DNA of 64,000 nucleotides from an uncultured Phycisphaerales bacterium (GCA_963718665.1 OY970359.1:128001-192000); one strand, 5' to 3'; shown: positions 20,854 through 31,591, counted from the stretch's first letter. Notes: generated by a model from the sequence alone, not told the origin. Program-made: numbers and translations.

Positions 20854-21708
20854 TTAGTTAATGATTGTCCCCGTGTAAGGATTTATATAAATCCGTTTCA
20901 ACTGGTTGAGATAGCCGGAATATGGGATGCCATTGTTGCATGCCTGATTGAATTTTTTGGTATCGTAAATGACAAAATTATTTCGGCTGAATTCAGCACC
21001 ATAACCGAGATAAGCGTAATCATCCTGAATAAACATACCGATTTGGTAATAGGCAATGTTTGATTGAGAATTAAAGATGTCATCCATCGAGTGCTTAGTA
21101 TTATCCGTGTTGCTATTATCCGCTCTGAACACCCCATCTTTGTTTCTTACACGAACCTCATGAATGACAAGTTTGCCCGAAGGCGAAAAAATAATTGAGA
21201 AGGTAGTGGTATCGTTAACTTCTGGAAGTGTGTTGATATACATATTATCATTGATTTGTTGGGCTCCGATGGATTGAGATGATGCTGCTTGCCATGTCGT
21301 TCCCCAATTGGTTCGGACTACCAAGTCCATAACGCCGATTGAATCGGGCAGCTTGATTGGCTGGACACCTTTAACCGCACGGAAGCCACTGGCAAGATTG
21401 CCCGATAAGTTTCTGTCTGTTTCATTGATGATGAATATTATATATTGCGAGGCCTTGAGTGGGTCGGGGTTAGTAGGGTCGTAGCGTTTCTGGAATCGTA
21501 TTCCTGCGTAACGCTGCTCTTTGGAGGCGATGGCTCGTGCGCTGGCGAGGGCAGCGTTAATTATCGATTTTGCGCCGCTTTCGGATTCAAAGGAATTGAG
21601 GAGTATATTGGCAACAGGGACAGCTAAGCCGAGCATCAACGCGGCTATCCCGATGACAACCATCATCTCGGCAAGCGTTACACCAACCTGTCTGCGTTTA
21701 TTTCTCAT
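20854..21708 (-). CDS. Prepilin-type protein (FimT/GspH-like)
   Basis: VG|VTLAEMMVVI, AALASARAIA. Confidence 0.85.
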   Translation of the reverse strand: MRNKRRQVGVTLAEMMVVIGIAALMLGLAVPVANILLNSFESESGAKSIINAALASARAIASKEQRYAGIRFQKRYDPTNPDPLKASQYIIFIINETDRNLSGNLASGFRAVKGVQPIKLPDSIGVMDLVVRTNWGTTWQAASSQSIGAQQINDNMYINTLPEVNDTTTFSIIFSPSGKLVIHEVRVRNKDGVFRADNSNTDNTKHSMDDIFNSQSNIAYYQIGMFIQDDYAYLGYGAEFSRNNFVIYDTKKFNQACNNGIPYSGYLNQLKRIYINPYTGTIIN

Positions 21709-21709
21709 T

Positions 21710-22450
21710 TTAGTTCACGTTAGATATATCATCAGCCGTATCAAACTGCCTGTCCGGCCCGGCGGACGTTATTACGGGGAAAGTTTTCTTGGCGGAATTT
21801 CTATAGGTAACATAATTCGCCCAGTTTCCGCCGGGGTTAGCGAGAATATAATCAGCATATTCAGGGTAATAGTCGTATCGCAGGGGCGTTCCCCAGGGGT
21901 CAATGATTCTTGTAAACGGGAATGTAATCGTAGTGGTGCCTGTGATTAAATTTATAGTTAAAGGCGCCGGTGGGCTATCATTGCTGTTGTTAGTCAGCAG
22001 CGATTTGTCGATTTTATCGAGTGTCACCCGGCAATCGGGAACCTGTCTCAGGATAAAATACAATGCCTCAGAACCGGAGAAAGTCGGGTCATTTGTCCCG
22101 CCGGAAATGGTTACTTGAGGCGGATCGTATAAATTGGCTGAATATAAAGCGTTGTGAAGTGTGTTTGGGAGATTCGGATAGGGAGAGATACTCGTAAGGT
22201 TGTAGCCGTTGCAATCGAGGGGGAACGCAAGACCGGCGTAATTTGCGTCTTTGTATTCATAACCGAAGTCGCGGAATTGTTCGAGGGCGTTGCCGATGAG
22301 GACGAGAGTATCTCTTGTCAATCGCTCCTTGCTCTGGTCGTCGATGCGTTTGGCGATAGTAACGACCATCGAGATGAGTATGGCGATGATGGCAATCACC
22401 ACAATCATTTCGATGAGCGTAAAGCCGGTTTTATAAGCGCGCGTTTTCAT
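21710..22450 (-). CDS. Prepilin-type protein with GspG-like C-terminus
   Basis: TG|FTLIEMIVV; DPWGTPLRY and SAGPD...DDI. Confidence 0.88.
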   Translation of the reverse strand: MKTRAYKTGFTLIEMIVVIAIIAILISMVVTIAKRIDDQSKERLTRDTLVLIGNALEQFRDFGYEYKDANYAGLAFPLDCNGYNLTSISPYPNLPNTLHNALYSANLYDPPQVTISGGTNDPTFSGSEALYFILRQVPDCRVTLDKIDKSLLTNNSNDSPPAPLTINLITGTTTITFPFTRIIDPWGTPLRYDYYPEYADYILANPGGNWANYVTYRNSAKKTFPVITSAGPDRQFDTADDISNVN

Positions 22451-22480
22451 AAGCAATATCAACCGCCCAAATGCCGGCGT

Positions 22481-23437
22481 TTAGTAGTTGTGCATGTCGT
22501 CGGCTGTGCCGTAATAGCCGTCAGGCCCCGCAGATATTAAAATATAGCTATCCGGATTGTATGGCCGCACAATACCCGGAATCTTCGGGTCTCGTATCCC
22601 ATAGCCAATACCCGTCCCCCCATAAGTAGTGCCGGGGGTATAAGTAGTTTGGCTGCCATAGAAAACGGGGTAATCGGTACTGGTACCGGAACCAGCAGGA
22701 TAAGCAAAAGGATGTGCCAGGCCGGAAGAACCATTTACGGTGAGCTTTCCGAGGTCAACTAATGGCTTGTCGTCGAGATAATTATAAGTTCTACCTGCTA
22801 AATTAGATGCCGGCACATAATTCGGGTCGATTGTTTTGTTGGCGGTATTTGCCTTGTAATACAGAATCGGAGCGCCGGCCATAATGGGTTTGCCTGTGCT
22901 GTCGTTATCGGTTGTTTTCCTTACTTTGAAGACATCGCAAATCACATTTGTATCGGGAGCAAGCGTACCAGTGTTATAGAACAGTTTGCGAAGCGTAAAC
23001 ACATTGGCTGTCGCCAGCTCAAGATAAGGGCCTTTTCTTGTCTGCAGGTTTGCTGTCGCAGGCGTATAAATCATGTTACCACTGCCATCTGTGCCATCCG
23101 CCCGCCAGGCGGAATTAGGATTAAACCCCATTAGGTCCCAGCCGAGAAGCGCCTCGGCAAGTTCTTGTGCTCCACAATAGTTAGGCGATGTTGAGCTGGA
23201 AGTCTGGTAGGACACGGCGGAAGGCGGGTAGTCGCCATAATCCTGCTTGAAGGCCTCCAGCGCCATTGAGATTGCATTAAGCTGTGCCTTCTCCGCCGTC
23301 TCTCTTGCCTTTGCGCGAACCATAGCGATAGAAGGCAGCAAGATGCCTAACAATACGGCAATGATTATTACGACCGTTATCAGCTCCACGAGTGTAAACG
23401 CCCTGCGATTATTCATCATAATCATCCTTATAATCAT
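22481..23437 (-). CDS. Prepilin-type protein with GspG-like C-terminus (start codon uncertain, 23416-23437)
   Basis: RA|FTLVELITVV; YILISAGPDGYYGTADD. Confidence 0.88.
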   Translation of the reverse strand: MIIRMIMMNNRRAFTLVELITVVIIIAVLLGILLPSIAMVRAKARETAEKAQLNAISMALEAFKQDYGDYPPSAVSYQTSSSTSPNYCGAQELAEALLGWDLMGFNPNSAWRADGTDGSGNMIYTPATANLQTRKGPYLELATANVFTLRKLFYNTGTLAPDTNVICDVFKVRKTTDNDSTGKPIMAGAPILYYKANTANKTIDPNYVPASNLAGRTYNYLDDKPLVDLGKLTVNGSSGLAHPFAYPAGSGTSTDYPVFYGSQTTYTPGTTYGGTGIGYGIRDPKIPGIVRPYNPDSYILISAGPDGYYGTADDMHNY

Positions 23438-23480
23438 CCTTTCGACTTCAAACCAGTTTAGTGGTCCTCGCCGAGTTTTT

Positions 23481-24488
23481 TTAGTTGCCGAAATTATAAA
23501 TATCGTCGCTTGTGCCGTATTCACCGTCAAAGCCCGCCGACATCAGGATATACGAATTCGCCCTGTATGGCCTGTCGCCAGACGAGATTTTGGGGTCGCG
23601 GATAATTCTATAGAACTCTTCCGGACAGGCGTTCGTGCCTGTAATCTGGAAAAGTTCCGGGGTTGTCCCGCCTGATGCCAGGCGGTGAACGTTGCTGGAG
23701 ATGGGGCTTCCGCTGGGCAACCAGGGCATTCCCATATTAATCAGGGCCTGATTGTCATAGAAGTTGTATGTGTAAGTACTAGCATAAGCCTGCATAGTCG
23801 GATTAGGCGCTGTGCCGCTCGGAGGAAACAGAAATTTTGTCTGGTCTGCCCTGTAATAAAGGATTGGCATACCCATTTTTTTGCCCGTGGTTTTATTCGT
23901 AACGCGATTATAGGAATCGCACAACACATAGGTACAGGGGTCAAAACCTTGCACGGTAGGCCCATAACTATTAAGGGCGGCCACGGCGGAGGTTATGGTA
24001 CCATTATCATAGATATCACTAAGAAGGTATGCATTTGCGTGCTCAAGCTCTAAATACATCTTGCGGGACTGTATGTTTGCATTATAGGTCGGCGTATCGG
24101 GGTAACCATAGGGAGGATACATAGTAGTAGTAGGAGTCGGGGTCGCCGAGCCGAAACCAGCGCGTTCAAAGCGAGAACTCGGATTGAATCCCTTGAGGTC
24201 CTGACCGACCAATGCCTCCGCCAGACGCATCGCGCCGCAATAGTTATTCCCCAGGTCATCCAACGCGTTGGAATCGGGATAGCCGTCGAAATCGGAGTTA
24301 AACATATCAAGCGCGACGGCTATGCTGTGGAATTGCGCCTTCTGCTTGACGTCTGTCGCGTATCTCCTGACGCGATTCAGCGCGGGCGCCAGCAAACTGA
24401 TGAGAATCACGATGATGCTCATAACCGTGAGAAGCTCGATAATGGTAAAACCAATCCGCCTGCTTTGATTGCCGTTAATCGGTTTCAT
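23481..24488 (-). CDS. Prepilin-type protein, paralog of the preceding gene
   Basis: IG|FTIIELLTVM; shares YCGA..LAEAL.G.DL.GFNP, PILYY.A and SAG.DG.YGT.DD with 22481-23437. Confidence 0.88.
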   Translation of the reverse strand: MKPINGNQSRRIGFTIIELLTVMSIIVILISLLAPALNRVRRYATDVKQKAQFHSIAVALDMFNSDFDGYPDSNALDDLGNNYCGAMRLAEALVGQDLKGFNPSSRFERAGFGSATPTPTTTMYPPYGYPDTPTYNANIQSRKMYLELEHANAYLLSDIYDNGTITSAVAALNSYGPTVQGFDPCTYVLCDSYNRVTNKTTGKKMGMPILYYRADQTKFLFPPSGTAPNPTMQAYASTYTYNFYDNQALINMGMPWLPSGSPISSNVHRLASGGTTPELFQITGTNACPEEFYRIIRDPKISSGDRPYRANSYILMSAGFDGEYGTSDDIYNFGN

Positions 24489-24539
24489 TTTATTCTCCTT
24501 GAATATTCGCTATAACTCCGGTTTTAAAAAGTTCGTTTT

Positions 24540-25805
24540 TTACCCGCCGACGTTCAGCGTGGTAATAATTTTAATCATCGGCAGGAACACCGACAAAACG
24601 ATGACCATCACGATTCCGCCGAGGCAGACAATCATTACCGGTTCCAGCAGGTGCATCAGCGACGCGACCAGAACGTCAACCTGCTCGTCGTAATTGTCCG
24701 CGATTTTGAGAAGCATCTTGTCGAGGTCTCCCGTTTCTTCGCCCACCGCCACCATATTAGAGACAATCAGGTCAACCGTTTTGGACTGCTTCAAAGGCGT
24801 CGCGAAGGTGTCGCCCTGCCTGATTGAGTTCTGAACGTTGAGAAGCATTTTGGCATATATTTCGTTGCCTGCGGTTTCGCTGGTAACGTTAATCGCGTCG
24901 AGAATTGGAACGCCCGCCCCGATAAGCGTGCCTAACGTCCTGGTCCAGCGGGTTATGGCCACTTTTCGCGTGAGCTGGCCCATCACGGGCAGCCGGATTT
25001 TGATGGCGTCGAGAACGTATCGCCCCGTCTTAAACCGCCTGATAACACGGGTCAGGAAAATAAACGCGAAAGGCACGCCTATAATGATTGCCCAGCCGAA
25101 ATCCTTGGCAATCCACTGCGCTACATTCAGCACGATCTGCGTAATCATGGGCAAGCCCTGTCCCTCAAGCATTTCCTTCAGAACGTCCTGGAACCTGGGA
25201 ATAACGAATATCATCAGCAATATGAGCATCGTCATAGCAGCGGTAAGAACCACTGCCGGATAAATCATAGCGCCTTTGACGCGTGATTTCAGCTTCTCCG
25301 ATTTTTCCATAAAATCGGCCACGCGGGACAAAATCAGGTCAAGCACGCCGCCCGTCTCGCCTGCCGCAACCATACCCACCATTAAACGGTCGAAGCATCT
25401 GGGAAACCGGCTCAACGCCTCAGACAATGTCGCGCCGCCTTCGATGTCGTCGGCGACGTAACCGATGATACGCCTGAATGTGCCTGCTTTCTGCTGCTCC
25501 TCAAGAATTCGCAGCGACCTCAAAATCGGCAGACCCGCGTCCTGCAGTGTGGACAACTGCCTGGAGAACTGGGCAATCACCTTGATTTTGACCTTGCCGC
25601 CCGCCCCGCGTCTTCTCTTCGGCTTTGCAGCAGCAGCGCCGGCAGCAGCGGCAGCCTTCTTGCCGGCTCCAACAGATATTACCTTTGTGGGGAAATACCC
25701 CATATTTCTTATCTTGCTGACCGCTTCCTTCTGGCTTAGCGCCTCAACCTCGTTTTTTATCGCCACTCCCTGCGAGTCCAGAGCTTCGTATTTAAACAGC
25801 GGCAT
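24540..25805 (-). CDS. pilC: Type IV pilus platform protein PilC/GspF
   Basis: QLSTLQDAGLPI, AGETGGVLD, AMIYP, VGEETGDLD, LLEP motifs. Confidence 0.92.
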   Translation of the reverse strand: MPLFKYEALDSQGVAIKNEVEALSQKEAVSKIRNMGYFPTKVISVGAGKKAAAAAGAAAAKPKRRRGAGGKVKIKVIAQFSRQLSTLQDAGLPILRSLRILEEQQKAGTFRRIIGYVADDIEGGATLSEALSRFPRCFDRLMVGMVAAGETGGVLDLILSRVADFMEKSEKLKSRVKGAMIYPAVVLTAAMTMLILLMIFVIPRFQDVLKEMLEGQGLPMITQIVLNVAQWIAKDFGWAIIIGVPFAFIFLTRVIRRFKTGRYVLDAIKIRLPVMGQLTRKVAITRWTRTLGTLIGAGVPILDAINVTSETAGNEIYAKMLLNVQNSIRQGDTFATPLKQSKTVDLIVSNMVAVGEETGDLDKMLLKIADNYDEQVDVLVASLMHLLEPVMIVCLGGIVMVIVLSVFLPMIKIITTLNVGG

Positions 25806-25836
25806 AAACACCTCCTATGAATTTTTTATTCATAAG

Positions 25837-27603
25837 TTATTCGCTTTCCGCGATTGTTTCCTTCACGACCTCGTCTATTGTCGTCAGGCCGTTATATATC
25901 GCCGACAAACCCGCCTCTCGCAGCAATTTCATACCTGTCTTCTGGCTGGCCGTCCTAAGAACATTTGTTGATGCGTGGTTCATAATCAGCTCGCGCACTT
26001 CGTCATTGAACGTCATAATTTCAAAAAGGCCCGTTCTGCCCTTGTAGCCGGTATTGTTGCACCTATTGCAGCCGGCGCCGTAATAGAACTGTTTGCCCTT
26101 GATATCCTCAGGAGAAAGTCCAAGCTCCATAAGCTGGCTTTCCGTCGGCGAAAACGGCGTTTTACAATGCTCGCAAATTTTCCTCACTAATCGCTGGGCG
26201 ATGATGCCTTCTATCGTCGCCGTCAGAAGGAACGGCTCAATGCCAAGGTCCAGAAGTCGCGCGATGGAACTCGGCGCGTCATTGGTGTGCAGCGTTGTGA
26301 ATACGATGTGGCCTGTCAGCGAGGCCTGGGCGGCGATTTCTGCCGTTTCAAGGTCACGAATTTCACCGACCATTACAACATCGGGGTCCTGGCGCAGAAT
26401 TGAACGCAGGCATTTCGCGAAAGTAACCCCGACTTCCGGCCTCATCTGGACCTGGATGATGCCGTCAATATCGTATTCAATCGGGTCTTCGGTGGTGATT
26501 ATCTTGGTCTCGATGTCGTTAAGCTCGTTTAACGCTGCGTATAGGGTCGTTGTCTTGCCGCAACCCGTCGGGCCTGTAACAATTATGATGCCGTTGGGCT
26601 TGTGAATAAGCTGCCGAACAACATTCAGGTTATCTGTCCCGATTCCGAGCTTTTCAAGGTCTAATTGCATCTGGCTGCGGTCGAGAATACGAAGCACGAC
26701 GCTTTCGCCGAACATCGTGGGTAAAACGCTGACACGCAGGTCAACCGGGTTTCCCTGAACGGTAAGCGAAATACGGCCGTCCTGGGGAAGACGCCTTTCC
26801 GCGATATCTAAGCTTGCCATAACCTTAATTCTCGAGCTAAGCGCCGCGGCGATATGCTTCGGCGGCGGAACCATCTCGTAAAGGATGCCGTCGATTCGAT
26901 ATCGCATCTTGTATTCGTTTTCAAACGGCTCAAAATGTACATCCGAGGCCTTGTCCCTGATTGCCTGCATCAGCACCAGGTTCAAAAGCTTCTTTACCGG
27001 GTTCGATTCCGAAAGCTCTTTTAATTCATCAAGGTCGATACTCTGGTTTCGCCCCGCGAATTCGGCAAGGAACCCGTCTTCCTGAATTTCACTGATTAAC
27101 TCGTTTATTCCCTGCCCCTCATCCTTCTGCTGGTAGTATTTCGCAATAGCCGTTTCAAGCGCCTTTGTGTCAACGATTTTAGCAGTAACTTTCATACCAA
27201 GAAGAGTGCTTAAATCGTCCGTTGCCCGGAAGCTGTCGGCCTTGTCAACCGCCACCACCAGTTCGTTTGTGTCCTCCTTGAATTCAATGGGCAAAACCCG
27301 ATATGTCTTTGCCATCTGCGGGGCAAGCTTGTCCAGTGCGCTCTTGGGAACCTCGACTGCGTCCAAGTTTATAAATTCCATTCCTCGCTGGGCGGCAAGG
27401 GCAATATGCAACTGTTTTTCCTGTACAAGCCCAAGCTCAACAAAAATCTCTCCGATAGGAATGTTCTTGTGTTCCTGCTGCTGCCTTTGTTTTTGCACTT
27501 CGAGACAATGGTGGACTTTTTCGCGGGTCAGCAAACCCATCTTCATAAGCACTCGACCTATGGGTCTGCCTCTTAATTGTTCTATTGGCGGCATCTTATC
27601 CAT
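25837..27603 (-). CDS. pilB: PilB/GspE-family assembly ATPase (copy 2)
   Basis: ASDVHFEP, GPTGCGKTTT, LRQDPD, TLHTNDA, CxxC...CxxC zinc motif. Confidence 0.9.
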   Translation of the reverse strand: MDKMPPIEQLRGRPIGRVLMKMGLLTREKVHHCLEVQKQRQQQEHKNIPIGEIFVELGLVQEKQLHIALAAQRGMEFINLDAVEVPKSALDKLAPQMAKTYRVLPIEFKEDTNELVVAVDKADSFRATDDLSTLLGMKVTAKIVDTKALETAIAKYYQQKDEGQGINELISEIQEDGFLAEFAGRNQSIDLDELKELSESNPVKKLLNLVLMQAIRDKASDVHFEPFENEYKMRYRIDGILYEMVPPPKHIAAALSSRIKVMASLDIAERRLPQDGRISLTVQGNPVDLRVSVLPTMFGESVVLRILDRSQMQLDLEKLGIGTDNLNVVRQLIHKPNGIIIVTGPTGCGKTTTLYAALNELNDIETKIITTEDPIEYDIDGIIQVQMRPEVGVTFAKCLRSILRQDPDVVMVGEIRDLETAEIAAQASLTGHIVFTTLHTNDAPSSIARLLDLGIEPFLLTATIEGIIAQRLVRKICEHCKTPFSPTESQLMELGLSPEDIKGKQFYYGAGCNRCNNTGYKGRTGLFEIMTFNDEVRELIMNHASTNVLRTASQKTGMKLLREAGLSAIYNGLTTIDEVVKETIAESE

Positions 27604-27640
27604 AAACTCGTCCCTTACCTTCGCCTTGCCTTCAATTACT

Positions 27641-27670
27641 ATTATATGTTCGTAATTAACGCTGTGTCAA
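27641..27670 (-). promoter_or_regulatory. Consensus sigma70 promoter upstream of pilB2-pilC-pilins
   Basis: TTGACA-N18-TATAAT; inverted repeat ATGAGAC-N9-GTCTCAT at 27697-27719. Confidence 0.7.
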
Positions 27671-27875
27671 GTAATTAGCAATTGGACATACGGTTAATGA
27701 GACAATGTTTTGGTCTCATAACCTTAAGTTGCTCTAAAAAACCATATCCTGCAAACTCAAACTTGCCCCCCTGCCACTCAACAGTAGCATAATCAGTGGG
27801 TATCCCCCCCGCATTATCCTCAGCGGCTGGCAATTGCACCTCCGAACATTACATAAATGCTTAAATCACAAGGTA

Positions 27876-29012
27876 TTATGTTCGCAGAATCGGCCCGAAA
27901 TCATCTTCCTCCTCAGGAGGTCTCTCGTGTGGTTTAAGGGTCTTGAGCCGAGCCATTGCTTTATCATGCAAAGCGCCGGGCATCCTGGCTTTATCAAGCA
28001 TTTCCGACATCGTAATCTTGCCGGATTCATACAGTTGCCACAAATGGTCATCCAGCAGTTGCATACCAAGTTTTCTGCCGGTTTGGATACTGGAATCAAT
28101 ACGATAGGTTTTGTTTTCGCGGATAAGGTTTGCAATAGCGGGCGTAACAACCATAAATTCATACGCAGCGACTCGACCTTTTCCTGTGGATAAGGGGCAA
28201 AGTGCCTGGCTAAGCACCGCGATGAGGTTACTGCTCAACTGGATGCGTATTTGTTCCTGCTGGTCAACAGGGAAAACGTCAATAATACGACTAATAGTTC
28301 CTGCCGCGCTTGTTGTGTGCAGAGTGCTGAAAACCAAGTGTCCAGTTTCAGCGGCACGGACAGCGGCTTCAATCGTCTCAAGGTCTCGCAATTCGCCGAC
28401 GAGAATAACGTCAGGGTCCATACGCAGCACGCGACGAAGGGCTTCTGAAAAGCTTGGAACGTCAATTCCTACTTCACGCTGGTTAATAATCGACTTTTTA
28501 TGGTTGTGGTAATATTCGATTGGCTCTTCGACGGTTACGATGTGGCGGTCGAGATTTTCGTTAATGTAATTGATCATTGTCGCAAGCGTAGTCGTTTTAC
28601 CGCTACCGGTCGGCCCTGTAACTATGAAAAGGCCTCTTGGTCTGCGGCAAAGAGCTGCGCATATTTTGGGCAAACCAATTTCCTCAAAACTCAGGATTTT
28701 GTACGGAATCAAACGCATAACCATTGAAACGTTGCCTTTTTGTTTGAAAACAGACACACGGAATCGGCACTGCTCGCCATAGGCAAAACCGTAATCGGTG
28801 CCGCCCTCTTCCTGAAATTCCTGCTGGTTTCGTTCTGGCGTAATGCTTTTCATCAAAGCGAATGTGTCATCCGGTTCGAGGACCTTTGTTTCGAGCGAGC
28901 GCAGCCGGCCGTCTATTCTTAAGACGGGCGGTCTGCCGACCGTGATGTGAATATCCGAGCCGCCCATAGTTACGCAGGCCTGAAGCAATCTATCAATATT
29001 TACTGTTGCCAT
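27876..29012 (-). CDS. pilT: Type IV pilus retraction ATPase
   Basis: GPTGSGKTTT, INQREVG, AAETGHLVFSTLHT, AIANLIRE motif. Confidence 0.95.
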   Translation of the reverse strand: MATVNIDRLLQACVTMGGSDIHITVGRPPVLRIDGRLRSLETKVLEPDDTFALMKSITPERNQQEFQEEGGTDYGFAYGEQCRFRVSVFKQKGNVSMVMRLIPYKILSFEEIGLPKICAALCRRPRGLFIVTGPTGSGKTTTLATMINYINENLDRHIVTVEEPIEYYHNHKKSIINQREVGIDVPSFSEALRRVLRMDPDVILVGELRDLETIEAAVRAAETGHLVFSTLHTTSAAGTISRIIDVFPVDQQEQIRIQLSSNLIAVLSQALCPLSTGKGRVAAYEFMVVTPAIANLIRENKTYRIDSSIQTGRKLGMQLLDDHLWQLYESGKITMSEMLDKARMPGALHDKAMARLKTLKPHERPPEEEDDFGPILRT

Positions 29013-29040
29013 TTAATGATTCCTGATAAAAAACAATGTA

Positions 29041-30780
29041 TCAATCGCCCATCACGCCTTCCATTTGAGCAATTGCCGCGACTTCCGCCGGCGTGGTTAC
29101 TCCTTTGAATATCTTGAGTTTGCCGTCTTCCATAAGCGTTCTCATGCCGCTGGCGATGCAGGCCTTCCGCAGCTCACTCGTCGGGGCCTTTGAAAAAGCC
29201 AGCTCCCTAACTTCGTTGTTAAGCTCAACCATTTCAAATATACCCTTACGCCCCTTGTAGCCAATGCCCTGACACTGGCTGCAGCCGGCGCCTTTGTAAA
29301 TCGAGTTATTTTTTAGGTCCTCAGGGGTAATATTCAGCAGGCGAAGATAATGAGGGTCGGGATCCTTATCAACGGTTTTACAGTTTTTGCATATTACCCG
29401 CAGTAATCGCTGGGCCATAATGGCCTGAATCGAGCTTGCGACAAGGAAGGGTTTGACACCCATATCAACCAGACGCGTAATCGCACTTGGGGCGTCGTTG
29501 GTGTGCAGCGTGCTGAATACCAGGTGACCTGTAAGTGCCGCCTGAATAGCGACGTCGGCGACGATGCCGTCACGAATTTCGCCGACGAGAATCACGTTCG
29601 GCGCCTGGCGCAGCATAGCACGCAGTATCTTTTCAAATGTAAGGCCGATGTCCTCCCTTACCTGCACCTGGTTCATACCGGCGAAGCTGTATTCAATGGG
29701 GTCTTCTGCGGTGATGATTTTTTTGTCGGGCTTGTTCAACTCCTGCAAAGCGGCGTAAAGCGTGGTTGTTTTACCGCTACCTGTCGGGCCTGTTACAAGA
29801 AATATGCCGTTTGGCCTTCTTATGATTTTCTGGAAGCGGTCATAGTCATCGGATTCGAAACCGAGCGCCTTAATACCGATATTTACGGCGTCGGGTCGCA
29901 GAATACGAAGCACGACGCTTTCGCCGTGGTTACCGGGCAGAGCAGATACGCGGAAATCGACGTCCTGATTGCCTATGGTTCGTTTAATACGGCCGTCCTG
30001 GGGAACACGTCTTTCGGCGATGTTCATACCCGAAAGGATTTTCAGACGCGTCATCAAGGGCGCCTGCATATTTTTGGGGATATTGTCTTTTTCAAAGCAA
30101 ACGCCGTCCAGCCGGTACCTGATTCGCACCCTGTCGGACATCGGCTCGATGTGAATATCGCTTGCTCGAATATTAACGGCTGTATCGATTATGAGGTTTA
30201 CAAGACGAACAACCGGACCGTCGTCGGCGCCGGCAACCTGTCCGGCCTTGAGAACTTCCGCCTGAAACTCATGCCCCGCCTCGGCGAGTTCGGCCGCGGT
30301 GGCATCGATACTGTGCCTTAGCCGGTCTGATTCCTCGGCCCTGCTCTGCTCAAGCGTATCGGTTAAAAATGACTTGATTTTGGCGGGATTGGCAACATAG
30401 CAATCAAGCTCCTTGTTTGTACGGAACCGGACCGCATCCATCGCGTCGAGATTTACGGGGTCCGAAATGGCCAACTTGAGCTTGCCGTTATCCATTCCGA
30501 GAGGCAGCACATTGTGCTTTTTGATGAGGTCTTCGGGAACAAGTTTGATTACTTCGGGAGTCAGGGTAGTAGTATCAAGGTTGATGTATTTCATGCCGAA
30601 TTGCTTGGCGACGGCCTTTGCGAGAGTTTCCTCGTCTATAAGGCCTTTTTCAATAAGCACCTCGCCGAGCCGTTTTTTGCTCGCATGGCCGACCTTAATA
30701 GCGTCGATGATGGCCTGTTTTTCAACCAGGCCTGCCTTATACAAAACTTCCCCCAAATGTCTGCGTGCTGTTTTGGCCAT
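29041..30780 (-). CDS. pilB: PilB/GspE-family assembly ATPase (copy 1) with MshEN-like N-terminus
   Basis: HLGEVL / RLGEVL repeats, ASDIHIEP, GPTGSGKTTT, LRQAPN, CxxC zinc motifs. Confidence 0.88.
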   Translation of the reverse strand: MAKTARRHLGEVLYKAGLVEKQAIIDAIKVGHASKKRLGEVLIEKGLIDEETLAKAVAKQFGMKYINLDTTTLTPEVIKLVPEDLIKKHNVLPLGMDNGKLKLAISDPVNLDAMDAVRFRTNKELDCYVANPAKIKSFLTDTLEQSRAEESDRLRHSIDATAAELAEAGHEFQAEVLKAGQVAGADDGPVVRLVNLIIDTAVNIRASDIHIEPMSDRVRIRYRLDGVCFEKDNIPKNMQAPLMTRLKILSGMNIAERRVPQDGRIKRTIGNQDVDFRVSALPGNHGESVVLRILRPDAVNIGIKALGFESDDYDRFQKIIRRPNGIFLVTGPTGSGKTTTLYAALQELNKPDKKIITAEDPIEYSFAGMNQVQVREDIGLTFEKILRAMLRQAPNVILVGEIRDGIVADVAIQAALTGHLVFSTLHTNDAPSAITRLVDMGVKPFLVASSIQAIMAQRLLRVICKNCKTVDKDPDPHYLRLLNITPEDLKNNSIYKGAGCSQCQGIGYKGRKGIFEMVELNNEVRELAFSKAPTSELRKACIASGMRTLMEDGKLKIFKGVTTPAEVAAIAQMEGVMGD

Positions 30781-30815
30781 ATATACCCGCTAAATAGAGA
30801 TTTGGTATCACGCGT

Positions 30816-30844
30816 ATTATAGCAGTTTTTGTGCTGTTTGTCAA
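30816..30844 (-). promoter_or_regulatory. Consensus sigma70 promoter upstream of pilB1-pilT
   Basis: TTGACA-N17-TATAAT with a TG extended -10. Confidence 0.75.
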
Positions 30845-30872
30845 TAACATCGGTCGAGCGGCTGGTGTTGCA

Positions 30873-31580
30873 CTATAAAAGCTTATTTGTGACGGCCGGC
30901 GGCTTTAAGCAGGTGTATGAATAAACGATTGTCAAGGCAGACGAGCGTGAAATTCCGCCCGGGTTTATGCCTGGTTTTCCTTCGGGGATATCGACGCCAA
31001 GATTGGCGAAGTAATCCTGCCAGGCAGGTAGTATTCGGCCGGTTTTCGGGTCCTTGAAGGTCATGGGCTGCAACGGGAAAACCGGCTTGCCGCCGTTGGC
31101 CCGGCGGAAAATCTCGTAAATCAATTTGGAGCAGTAATACGCGTCGTTATCGATTGCGAAGACCTTATCGTATGGTTTGCCTTTCAACGCCTCGGCCTCT
31201 TTAATGGCAGCGGGTATAAGATGCCGGTAAGGCGATTTCAGACGCCCCACGATGACTTTTGGCTGACCATTCGGTTCAGTTCCCCGGCTCAAAAAGGCCT
31301 GTAAATCAGTGGCGACAACCCCCTTCGAGACCGCCTCAATCACAACAAGCCGGCCATTGGCGTCCTGAGCCACGATGCCGACGTGCGATAGCCGCATACC
31401 CTTATAGCCGGTCGTAACGTCTTCGATTGCGTCGCAGAGAGGTCCGCAATTAACGTCCTTGAAAAGCAAATCGCCCGTTTGGGGAGTAAATCCGACATTA
31501 TGGGGACATTCGATGTTTGCGCAGCCGGGGATGATTATCGCGGACAGACAAGCCAGTGTCATCAGTATTGCTATTCGCAT
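30873..31580 (-). CDS. YiiX/YebB-like permuted papain-like (NlpC/P60) lipoprotein
   Basis: IPGC lipobox-like motif, GDLLF, SHVGIV, GKPYD, YYCSKLIY. Confidence 0.82.
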   Translation of the reverse strand: MRIAILMTLACLSAIIIPGCANIECPHNVGFTPQTGDLLFKDVNCGPLCDAIEDVTTGYKGMRLSHVGIVAQDANGRLVVIEAVSKGVVATDLQAFLSRGTEPNGQPKVIVGRLKSPYRHLIPAAIKEAEALKGKPYDKVFAIDNDAYYCSKLIYEIFRRANGGKPVFPLQPMTFKDPKTGRILPAWQDYFANLGVDIPEGKPGINPGGISRSSALTIVYSYTCLKPPAVTNKLL

Positions 31581-31591
31581 AATGATTCTCT

